Source of the DNA: Desulfatiglandales bacterium
GTDB taxonomy: Bacteria; Desulfobacterota; DSM-4660; Desulfatiglandales; Desulfatiglandaceae
Reading direction: 5' to 3'
DNA: 64,000 nucleotides
Assembly: GCA_963666345.1 (NCBI GenBank)
Contig: OY762721.1
Location: 3,072,001-3,136,000 of the forward strand
Part shown: positions 31,028 to 39,292 of the stretch, piece after piece
How positions within the stretch are numbered: the stretch's first letter is position 1
Layout: each line of letters opens with the position of its first letter
Program-made: the position numbers and the translations under genes
The notes under the pieces: model-generated
Databases searched by the model: none
What the model saw: the letters and a program-made list of their open reading frames with translations, nothing else
Told to the model about the DNA's origin: nothing

Positions 31028-31183
31028 AATTACTCTCCACGTTTCAATAATTTTAATCGCTTGCTTTACCTGATAAGTTTTAGATCCATAATTTCAGTGA
31101 GCATCCTTTAAGCTCTTCGATTTCAGCTATGTAATCACCATCGCCTTCGGGGTCGGGGAAAATTTTTAAGGTATATTCCATAA

Positions 31184-31420
31184 TTACTCTCCATCAATAA
31201 TTTTAATCGCTTGCTTTACCTGATAAGTTTTAGCAGTGCCATCTCTCTTTTTTTGGATATTAATAGGTGTTTCGATAACTGGATGAACAAAAATATGATG
31301 ACTCCCACTTACGCGATCAAGGGAAAATCCATTATCTTCCAGCCAGCTTATAAGATCTTGGAATTTTACGTTTTTCGGATTCCTTCTGATCTTTCGATGT
31401 TTTTTATCAGTTTTTGTCAT
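31184..31420 (-). CDS. hicA: HicA toxin
   Basis: GFSLDRVSGSHHIFVHP, AKTYQVKQ. Confidence 0.9.
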   Translation of the reverse strand: MTKTDKKHRKIRRNPKNVKFQDLISWLEDNGFSLDRVSGSHHIFVHPVIETPINIQKKRDGTAKTYQVKQAIKIIDGE

Positions 31421-31501
31421 AATTTAAGAAATAGGATTTTCCATTTTTCAGATAATTATAGTGTGTAATTACACATTTGTCAAAATAATAATCACAAAGA
31501 A

Positions 31502-31566
31502 GCACTAACATCCTGCTGCAAGGGGTGGCGCATAAAAATGCGCCACCCCTGGGAAGACCGTTATCT
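31502..31566 (+). other. attC site
   Basis: GCACTAAC..AGGGGTGGCGCAT AAAA ATGCGCCACCCCT..GTTATCT. Confidence 0.8.
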
Positions 31567-31595
31567 GATTAATATATGGAAAGTGTTTGGAAAAA

Positions 31596-31988
31596 ATGGA
31601 AATTGATTATCGAAACTTTTTTAAGGAATGGAAAAATTGGGAGGAATTTGAACCACAAATTGATGGTATCAATGGAGTGTATGCATTTCGATTAATGAAA
31701 GCCTTTGGCAGGCTTAATGGTAAATCGAGCATTTTGTATATCGGAAAGGCAGAACAGAATCCCGAAAGGAACAAAAGACCCGGTATCTGGCACCGCTTAA
31801 AGAATTACCGGCAAAATAATAAGGGTGCATCAGAAAGATTGAAGGAGATAGAGGCTCATTTTGAAGGTAGACAGTTTATAGAATATGCTTATGAAATTTC
31901 CGGAAATCCACGTGATACAGAAAAAAGTTTATTGGAAAGCTATTACAAAATGCACTTAGAGTATCCGCCACTTAACAGGAACTCATGA
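31596..31988 (+). CDS. Small GIY-YIG-like nuclease (cassette gene)
   Basis: GVYAF..LYIGKA..RL..E..YPPLN motif order. Confidence 0.7.
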   Translation: MEIDYRNFFKEWKNWEEFEPQIDGINGVYAFRLMKAFGRLNGKSSILYIGKAEQNPERNKRPGIWHRLKNYRQNNKGASERLKEIEAHFEGRQFIEYAYEISGNPRDTEKSLLESYYKMHLEYPPLNRNS

Positions 31989-32161
31989 ATTTAGCACAAT
32001 ATGTCAAATAACATGCTGCTGGTAGTTATGTAAAGTGGGACGTCCTTAAACAATCAAATAAGTCAAGGTAGAATGAAAGAATGGGGGCTGAATCTACACT
32101 CTTAACAAATGACAGGATAGATACCTGATGCTTGAAAAATACATAAAGATCTTTTTAAACC

Positions 32162-32275
32162 TGCGGACAGACCATTATGCGTGCCCATATTCACTTGATT
32201 CCGAGATAAGACGGCGATAGCCCGAATCCCAGAGGCGGCGTAAGGGGCGTCATACCTGACAAGATGGCATATTGG
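32162..32275 (+). pseudogene. HIT-family protein C-terminal remnant
   Basis: CGQTIMRAHIHLIPR*DGDSPNPRGGVRGVIP. Confidence 0.7.
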
Positions 32276-32393
32276 AAGAACTTAGTGTGAGTTCAAGGCT
32301 TTTCGAAGTTTCAGTTTGCGATCTCAGCGTTTTCTTTCTGAGGTAATTTAAAATCACTTTGACTATTTGTATCCTACGAGATACACTTAGGGC

Positions 32394-32522
32394 ATGAAAT
32401 ACAAACTCCGAAGTACGAAACAATTATGACAAATGGTTTTCCTACTGGCCGGTGGTAACAAGTCCAGCCAGGAAAAAGATATTGAAAAGGTCGCTGAACT
32501 TTTGAAAGAATTGGAGGATTGA
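32394..32522 (+). pseudogene. Internally deleted copy of the 25428 toxin
   Basis: 5' and 3' ends of the toxin joined at TGGTTTT microhomology. Confidence 0.85.
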
Positions 32523-32525
32523 ATC

Positions 32526-32804
32526 ATGAAACTTAAAACAAAATCGTTTGATATTGCCGAACATTTGAATACCCTTGAAGAGATTCGCGTCTTTCTGCAA
32601 GAGGTTGTTGCTACTGGCGACGAATCCGACTTCATCCACGCCTTGAATACCGCTGCCAGAGCAATAGGCATGACCGAGGTCGCTAAAAAAGCCGGAGTCA
32701 CCCGCGCAGGCCTATATAAATCTCTTGCCGAAGACGGCAATCCAAAATTTATCACAATCAGCAAAGTAACAAAGGCCCTTGGCTGTAAGATAGGTGTTTT
32801 GTAA
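32526..32804 (+). CDS. HTH antidote protein, second copy
   Basis: Near-identical to 25731-26009. Confidence 0.85.
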   Translation: MKLKTKSFDIAEHLNTLEEIRVFLQEVVATGDESDFIHALNTAARAIGMTEVAKKAGVTRAGLYKSLAEDGNPKFITISKVTKALGCKIGVL

Positions 32805-33002
32805 AGGGCATTTCAAGAACATATTTTCAACCGTGTAAACGACTTTCCAACAACTGCAGTATAATTGGGGTCGCCGAGATAACCATCTTAAATAAGGCTA
32901 AAATGCCGGAATTTTGAGCATTTTTTGACAACAGGTCCTTTTGGAATGATTAACATGTGTAATCAATAGGTTGGCGTGACCCCAAATTCCACAAATTCAC
33001 CA

Positions 33003-33625
33003 TTAAATAACCCCTTAATCCACCAGTTTTACTGGTGGGTCCCAGCTATGCTAAGCGGGTAGCGTGGTGGTGACAAAAAAAGAATACCTCCATAATATCG
33101 GGGTAGGTGACCCTGAAGATAAAAGGAGGTATTCAATGAATGATTTTAGAAAATTAGCACATGCGATCTGGGATTGCAAATACCACATAGTTTGGTGCCC
33201 GAAATATCGATTCAGGATTCTGAAAGGTGCAGTAAGAAAATCAGTCTGTGAAATTATAAAGCAGCTGTGCGAATGGAAGAAGCTTGAAATTCTGGAAATG
33301 AATGTCCAGAAAGACCATGTGCATCTTGTGATATCAATACCACCGAAGTTATCGGTTTCGGAAGTAACAGGTTTTTTGAAAGGCAAATGCGCCATAAAGA
33401 TCTTTGATAGGCATCTGGAGTTGGAAAGGCGGTACTGGGGAAGGCATTTTTGGGCGAAGGGATACTGTGTCAGTACCATAGGACTGGATGAGGAGAAGAT
33501 CAGAAAGTATGTCAAATGGCAGTTGGAAAAAGATAAGCGCATGTAATTGCCTAGTATAAGGATGTAAATGTTACCCTTTTAGGGTCACCTTTTAGTCCAC
33601 CCCTTTTAGGGGTGGTTGTTAAATT
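33003..33625 (+). mobile_element. tnpA: IS200-family element, copy 2 (tnpA 33136-33546)
   Basis: Matches 23956-24578; identical translated ORF. Confidence 0.92.
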
Positions 33626-33755
33626 CATCAAATTCCACAAATTCAAGGATTGCCAAGGCTGTTTGTCAAACCGGCTTAATCAACCGAACCGCCCTGGTAC
33701 GTGATCCGTATGCCGGGTGGTGTGGGCTTACTATTACCCATAAGTCTAGACGATT

Positions 33756-34067
33756 TTATCGCCGAGTTTCTTCCTTAAAAGCCTCAATATTTGCCTCAAC
33801 AAGTTGCTCGATCAGTTTCCTTAGTCGGGCATAATTGGCGATCATCTTTCGCATTCTGGTTAACTGGTCTCTTTTAACATAAACGCTACGTGTTTTTTGT
33901 TGGCTATCCTTATAGGTCAGCCGATATGCCATCCGGGATGACTTTTTTGAGCATATGCATCTCGCTCTGTTGCATGTGGAACAAACGCTTGTAATCGACC
34001 CGCGAACAAATTCAGGGAATTGGGCTAATTTTTTTAAAAGATCATTTCGTTTTTTGACAGGATTCAT
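33756..34067 (-). CDS. IS passenger protein, basic and Cys-rich (DUF6788-like)
   Basis: RGSITSVCSTCNRARCIC..YRLT..SVYV; divergent from the transposase, inside the TIRs. Confidence 0.65.
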   Translation of the reverse strand: MNPVKKRNDLLKKLAQFPEFVRGSITSVCSTCNRARCICSKKSSRMAYRLTYKDSQQKTRSVYVKRDQLTRMRKMIANYARLRKLIEQLVEANIEAFKEETRR

Positions 34068-34148
34068 CCTTGACACCTCCCTATCGTAATAGTAGACGTA
34101 TATAATACGTCTACTATACAAATGTCAACTTTTAATGGGAGGCGTTCA

Positions 34149-35594
34149 ATGAACCCAAAAAATAGATCAAGTTGGGCGGCGGAAGAGTTTGCAGAGGTCA
34201 AGCTCGGAGATAAAAGACTCGATGCAAGGCTGATTAAGCTGTGTGATAGATTTTCGGATGCTCCAGAGAGCCCCATCAACCAAGCATGCGTGGATTGGGC
34301 AGAGACCAAAGCTGCTTATCGTTTTTTTCAAAACAACAAAGTTGAGGTTGGTAAGATGTTGGCGGCCCACCGATGTAAAACAGCTCAGCGTACTAAGGAA
34401 CACAAAACGGTTCTTGCACTCCAAGATACCAGTTATTTTGTCTATACTGACCATCCGAAGACCGAAGGACTCGGGAAGATGTCTTTAAAGAAGGGTAAAA
34501 ACGTGAAAAATATCTATTCCAACGGCCTGATAATGCATACATGTCTGGCTGTAACAACTAAAGGCCTCCCACTCGGACTGTTGGATCAAAAAATATTTTC
34601 ACGGAAACTCCGGAAAAAGGATAACAAAAAAGCAAAACCTCACGCCAATCTCCCGATAGAGGAAAAGGAAAGCTATAGATGGCTTGAGGCATTAGAAAAC
34701 ACTAAGGAATTAACAGGTTGTACCCGAATCGTCACAGTCTGCGATCGAGAAGCCGATCTATACGATTTCTTTATGCGTAGCCATCAAATCAATGCCCCTG
34801 TCCTCGTTCGAGCAAACGTAGATAGGATTATAAATCGTAAATCCCGTTATGCAGAAAAGAATGTCGAAAAACTTTGGGAGAATATGCGAAAACAGCCTGA
34901 TTCAGGTTCTTACGTGGTAGAAATCGCGAAAAGGTCTAAGTCGAAGCATGCCAAAGAAAGGGAAGCACGCACCGCGATGGTCTCTGTACGTTTCGGCTCT
35001 TTTACCCTCAATCCTCCCCGCAATAGTATCAGGCACAGCACTGAGAAACTTCCAGACATTGAGATGCACGCAGTCTATGTTATAGAAACAAATCCGCCTG
35101 ATAGCGAGGAAGCTATCGAGTGGATGCTCCTGACCAATCTTCCAGTCATGTCGTATGAAGATGCTTATGAAAAAGTTTTGTGGTACTGCTTACGCTGGCG
35201 AATTGAAATGTACTTCAAGGTCTTAAAGTCCGGTTTTAGGGTCGAATCATGTCGGCTAGGGCATGCCGATCGGCTGGCAAAATACCTCACAGTTATGAGC
35301 ATTGTAGCTTGGAGGATCTTCATGATTACCTTGATCGCTCGTACCGATCCGACAACACCCTGCTCAACTTTCCTTACCGATCAGGAGTGGAAAGCCCTTT
35401 TCCTGCATGCAAATATAAACAAACCTATACCGAAAAAGCCACCAACCATTGGTATTGTAGTCATCTGGATTGCAAAACTAGGAGGTCACCTAGCCCGAAA
35501 AAACGATGGGCCTCCTGGTACTATCACATTATGGAGAGGATGGAAGCGTCTTGCAGATCTGAGTGAAGGCTTGAAACTGGCGGATCAGCTATGA
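34149..35594 (+). CDS. IS4-family DDE transposase
   Basis: LGDKRL, QDTS, CDREAD, EWMLLTN, YCLRWRIE..FKVLKSG, PGTITLWRGW. Confidence 0.95.
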   Translation: MNPKNRSSWAAEEFAEVKLGDKRLDARLIKLCDRFSDAPESPINQACVDWAETKAAYRFFQNNKVEVGKMLAAHRCKTAQRTKEHKTVLALQDTSYFVYTDHPKTEGLGKMSLKKGKNVKNIYSNGLIMHTCLAVTTKGLPLGLLDQKIFSRKLRKKDNKKAKPHANLPIEEKESYRWLEALENTKELTGCTRIVTVCDREADLYDFFMRSHQINAPVLVRANVDRIINRKSRYAEKNVEKLWENMRKQPDSGSYVVEIAKRSKSKHAKEREARTAMVSVRFGSFTLNPPRNSIRHSTEKLPDIEMHAVYVIETNPPDSEEAIEWMLLTNLPVMSYEDAYEKVLWYCLRWRIEMYFKVLKSGFRVESCRLGHADRLAKYLTVMSIVAWRIFMITLIARTDPTTPCSTFLTDQEWKALFLHANINKPIPKKPPTIGIVVIWIAKLGGHLARKNDGPPGTITLWRGWKRLADLSEGLKLADQL

Positions 35595-35755
35595 TACTTA
35601 TGGGTAATAGTAAGGTGGTGTGGGAGGAGGGGAGTTGCGAGGCTCCTCCCTATCCCGATTAACCGTTTGGAAATTTCCCCCTTGCCAAAAGCTTTTTTAT
35701 GATCTATATTAAGACCAATAAAAAAACATAATATAGCACATTAAAGGAGTTGAAA

Positions 35756-36007
35756 ATGGAATCGGTTTTAGCAAAATGTTCAGCAAGTATTTCAGAGCTA
35801 AAAAAGAATCCCTCTTCTCTTATCCAACAAGCAGAAGGCGAGCCTATTGCTATTCTGAACCACAATAAGCCGACTGCATATCTTATTCCGGCTGATACAT
35901 ACGAAATAATGCTTGAGCAGATAGAAGATTATCACCTGGGCTTAATCGTCAAAGAACGTCAGCATGAAAAAGAGTATGCTGTCGAGGTGAACCTCAATGA
36001 GTTATAG
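35756..36007 (+). CDS. Phd/YefM (StbD-like) antitoxin
   Basis: ASISELKKNP, PIAILNHNKPTAYL. Confidence 0.9.
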   Translation: MESVLAKCSASISELKKNPSSLIQQAEGEPIAILNHNKPTAYLIPADTYEIMLEQIEDYHLGLIVKERQHEKEYAVEVNLNEL

Positions 36008-36277
36008 GCTTAAATTCCTTCCATCGGCATTAAAGGAATGGAAAAAACTCGATAACTCCTTGCAACCCCAATTAAAAAAAAACTTGCTGAGCGATTTGAA
36101 AATCCACGAATTATTTCTGCTAAACTTTCGGGATTTGAAAATCACTACAAAATCAAACTAAGAGCAAGCGGTTATCGACTTGTATACGAAGTTGTTGATG
36201 AAGAACTTATCGTGTATGTGATAGCTGTTGGAAAACGAAAGAGGAATGTCGTCTATAAAAAAGCAAAAAATAGATGA
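35997..36277 (+). pseudogene. relE: RelE/StbE toxin with frameshift in A9 tract
   Basis: MSYRLKFLPSALKEWKKLD.. then YKIKLRASGYRLVYEV..VIAVGKR in shifted frame; A9 at 36074-36082. Confidence 0.85.
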
Positions 36278-36280
36278 TTT

Positions 36281-36407
36281 CGGTTGACAAAACGCTGCAG
36301 CCGACCCGGGTGAGCGCGGCTTTCTTATAGTCCTTTGTTTTTGATAAAATTTGGCTTTTACAACGTACTCGGCAATTTTCCCCGGTGGGCTGAGCTTAAC
36401 GTTATGC
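36281..36407 (+). other. attC site
   Basis: CGGTTGAC AAAACGCTGCAGCCGACCCGGG...CCCGGTGGGCTGAGC..GTTATGC. Confidence 0.75.
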
Positions 36408-36605
36408 GCCTTGCGACGAAAGCAAAACATTCCTTTATTTGTGGTTGTGCGGAGGTGTAGTTTGGTTTAGCAGAAGCGGCCAAGGATATGAACTACCCTT
36501 GTCCGCCCAAATCGCCGTAGCGGGTGTTAACTGATGGATTGCCTATCGGCATTTGGTCTTGCCGTTTGTCAGTTTATTCGTGAAAGGTTGCTATGTACTT
36601 GCTGT

Positions 36606-36881
36606 TTACTTCAAATCCATCTTTTCGGGTTCACACAAGAGGCCCGGATTGATAGCCGTCTTTCCGCAATTTTTGCACGAATACCGATTATTGTTGACAC
36701 GATTTTGGCAGGCTTGGGGTGGAGGCAGATCTTTTGAGCCGCACCAGTCTGCTTTGGTGATCCTTCCGGCAGGGTTACATATATTGTTTTGATCCAAGGA
36801 TACGGCACCGCAGTTGCCGCAGTAGAACGCCTTGGTGTCTTTAGGCAGAGGCGTGTGTTTTTTCATGTCAGCTTCAGTCAT
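36606..36881 (-). CDS. Small Cys-rich protein (two CxxCG..C units)
   Basis: YCGNCG..IC and YSCKNCG..LC; AAGGAG RBS. Confidence 0.65.
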   Translation of the reverse strand: MTEADMKKHTPLPKDTKAFYCGNCGAVSLDQNNICNPAGRITKADWCGSKDLPPPQACQNRVNNNRYSCKNCGKTAINPGLLCEPEKMDLK

Positions 36882-37097
36882 CTACAAATCTCCTTTTAAG
36901 TTCAACCATTTAATAAACCGGGGCTTCCCATATCAAGTTTAACTCATGTAATCTACCTTCTGTGGAGTTATTTCCCATTATGTTCTATTTGCGCTTGGCC
37001 GTCAACAACTGGCAATGAATCGGTGCTGAGCATTTCTTCCACCACGGGTTTCTTGCAGATCGAACAGCACCTTCGTTTGACAAGTAGTACCAGTGGG

Positions 37098-37301
37098 GGC
37101 ACATAACAACTCATTGGAGCCGACTGCAATGGGCGTGCACCCCTGAGTCTGGCCCATTTCCAAAACCCGCTTCCGCTTCAACTTTGCGCTCGACAAACGG
37201 TTGACTCTGAATCATGTCGTCAGTTACACTGGCACCAATGAAGTGGGCGCAAATGCTCGATTAGCTTGCACCCTTTCATCGGCTCAATTCGGGCGTTAGG
37301 G
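37098..37301 (+). other. Long attC-like site
   Basis: GGCACATAAC AACTCATTGGAGCCGA...TCGGCTCAATTC..GTTAGGG. Confidence 0.65.
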
Positions 37302-37335
37302 CGTAGGAGCTTAGCAATTCTCTTAATGAATAGCC

Positions 37336-37896
37336 ATGACAGTCTTCGATGATATCCGGCTTGCATTATTCATCGCCACAATTGTGGTAATGACGTTCAT
37401 TTCACGGAAGACTATCCTCAATTTCCGATCACACGGATTCTATCGGTTCCTTGCGTGGGAAGCAATCGCTGCACTAATCATTTGGAACTTGCCTCATTGG
37501 TTCTCTGATCCTTTCTCCGTCAAGCAGTTGATATCATGGATATTATTAATTGTATCTGTTTATGTTCTATGGCAAGGGGTGTCGCGGCTTCGCGCAGCGA
37601 AACGATCCAACAGTCGCAGCTCGAAGGAATTGTATGCCTTTGAACGGACATCAGAACTCGTAACCTCAGGAATCTACCGCTATATTCGACATCCACTCTA
37701 TACTTCCCTGTTTTACCTCGCATGGGGGGCATTTCTTAAGGAGATTTCATGGGTTTCCATCATTCTGATAATCATGGCAAGTTTATCACTATTTGCCACT
37801 GCCAGAGCTGATGAGCACGAGTGTATTCAATATTTTGGTGATCGGTACAAAGAATATATGGAGGGCACGAAAAGATTCATTCCATTCGTATTTTGA
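37336..37896 (+). CDS. Isoprenylcysteine carboxyl methyltransferase-family membrane protein
   Basis: LVTSGIYRYIRHPLY, DE..FGDRYKEY..RFIP. Confidence 0.88.
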   Translation: MTVFDDIRLALFIATIVVMTFISRKTILNFRSHGFYRFLAWEAIAALIIWNLPHWFSDPFSVKQLISWILLIVSVYVLWQGVSRLRAAKRSNSRSSKELYAFERTSELVTSGIYRYIRHPLYTSLFYLAWGAFLKEISWVSIILIIMASLSLFATARADEHECIQYFGDRYKEYMEGTKRFIPFVF

Positions 37897-37916
37897 CTCT
37901 ATGCAACTGCCACTGA

Positions 37917-38319
37917 GGGGTCGGTGAGGGGTCGGGAGGGGTCGGGGTCGGGCCATGGTAACACTCTGAAATAACTTCGAAAGACGACTGAAAAGGGCCT
38001 GAAATAGGGTCTATATTGCGTTTTTTGATACCAAAAAGGGCATTATAGGTTCTTGGTGATGGCAAGAGCAAAAAGACATTTGAGATGAAAAGAGGATCGA
38101 TGGTGTAGGGCGCACCTGTTTTTAGAGATGTCGAATTCGCTTTTGCTTGGAGGCGCAGTCGTCAGAAAGATAAAACAATCCGGAGAGGGCTATGAGCTTC
38201 GAGAGCCTGTAAATCCCTATATCGTCAATTTTGAGGCTGAAGACGGCGATACAGGCCTTGAAAACAGGTATTTTTGGAATGATTAACATGTGTAATCAAT
38301 AGGTTGGCGTGGCCCCCAA
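37917..38319 (+). repeat. GGGGTC...GCCCC-bounded remnant (probable Y1/REP-associated transposase tail)
   Basis: Shared with ~42880-43140 and ~32930-32985; encodes EGYELREPVNPY..ENRYFWND*. Confidence 0.55.
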
Positions 38320-38548
38320 GTATCAGAAAGGTGATGACTAAAGGATCATAAAACCATACACACAAACCACTAGCTTCTACAATATGTGAAGCCAGGAAAA
38401 TGGTCTGAACCGTCAACTAGCAGCATCCGGACATGGACTGCCAACTTCAATTGGACTTTATCTACAGAGTCGTTGGCATCCAGCAAATTTTTCTTGAAAT
38501 ACACCAAAACAACCTATATTTTGTGTATATGTGATTGGAGGTGATCAT

Positions 38549-38749
38549 ATGGGCAGAACAAACGTGGTGATTGATGATAATCTGGTCAATGAATGTCAAA
38601 AATTGACCGGAATTCGTACACGGCGCGCTCTTATAGACTACGCGCTACATGAGGTGCGACGCCGTGGTCGTCAGAAACGATTGCTTGAACTGAAGGGCAC
38701 TATCAAATGGGAGGGTGACCTTACCGAGTGGCGGGAGGCTCGTGATTAA
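38549..38749 (+). CDS. vapB: VapB antitoxin
   Basis: RTNVVIDDNL..LLELKGTIKWEGDL; stop overlaps vapC start. Confidence 0.88.
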   Translation: MGRTNVVIDDNLVNECQKLTGIRTRRALIDYALHEVRRRGRQKRLLELKGTIKWEGDLTEWREARD

Positions 38750-39138
38750 TGGTGCTTGTCGATACATCAGTTTGGATCGACTTATTTGCAGGCCGTAACG
38801 AGTCACATGTGATGTCACTTCAGGAACTGATCGAGAGTGAAGAGGATTTGTCACTCTGTGGAGTTATCCTTGCGGAAGTTCTCCTAGGTATCCGTTCTGA
38901 TGCAGATTTTACCAAAACAAAGGAGTATCTTGGCGACCTTATTTTCCTGCCCATGCGGCAAGCATCATTTGTAAAAGCAGCTGAGCTCTATAGGTCCCTT
39001 CGAAAGAAAGGGGTTTCAATTCGGAAACCAGTTGATTGTATGATTGCTTCTGTTGCAATTGAGTACAATATCCAACTGCTTCACAATGACCGCGATTTCA
39101 ACCATATTGCCAGGCACTCAAAGCTTAGAATATTTTGA
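38749..39138 (+). CDS. vapC: VapC PIN-domain toxin
   Basis: LVDTSVWID, DCMIA, LLHNDRDF. Confidence 0.92.
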   Translation: MVLVDTSVWIDLFAGRNESHVMSLQELIESEEDLSLCGVILAEVLLGIRSDADFTKTKEYLGDLIFLPMRQASFVKAAELYRSLRKKGVSIRKPVDCMIASVAIEYNIQLLHNDRDFNHIARHSKLRIF

Positions 39139-39144
39139 TTGAAA

Positions 39145-39273
39145 ATGCCAACCACAGTTTGGAGAGGGACCGGGAAAACTGGGCCGTTTTTGGCCAGTCT
39201 TTTCATTGCTTCTTCTCTGGCTGTCTCTTCATTCAGTGGTAATCGGTCCCGGTCTCTCAAACTTAAGTTTGCA
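39145..39273 (+). other. attC site
   Basis: ATGCCAAC..AGTTTGGAGAGGGACCGGGA...TCCCGGTCTCTCAAACT..GTTTGCA; pairs with GTTGGCAT at 38472. Confidence 0.75.
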
Positions 39274-39292
39274 ATCATCACAGGAAATCTAA

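Larger units (their letters stand above)
33727..35614 (+). mobile_element. Complete IS4-family (IS50/Tn5-like) element
   Basis: Perfect 19-bp TIR CTTACTATTACCCATAAGT; 10-bp TSD GTGGTGTGGG (33717-33726, 35615-35624). Confidence 0.95.
33647..35659 (+). mobile_element. 3' end of a group IIC intron (RT tail GLPRL, domains V-VI) split by IS4
   Basis: GAACCGCCCTGGTACGTGATCCGTATGCCGGGTGGTGTGGG | IS4 | GTGGTGTGGGAGGAGG...CCTATCCCGAT. Confidence 0.8.
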
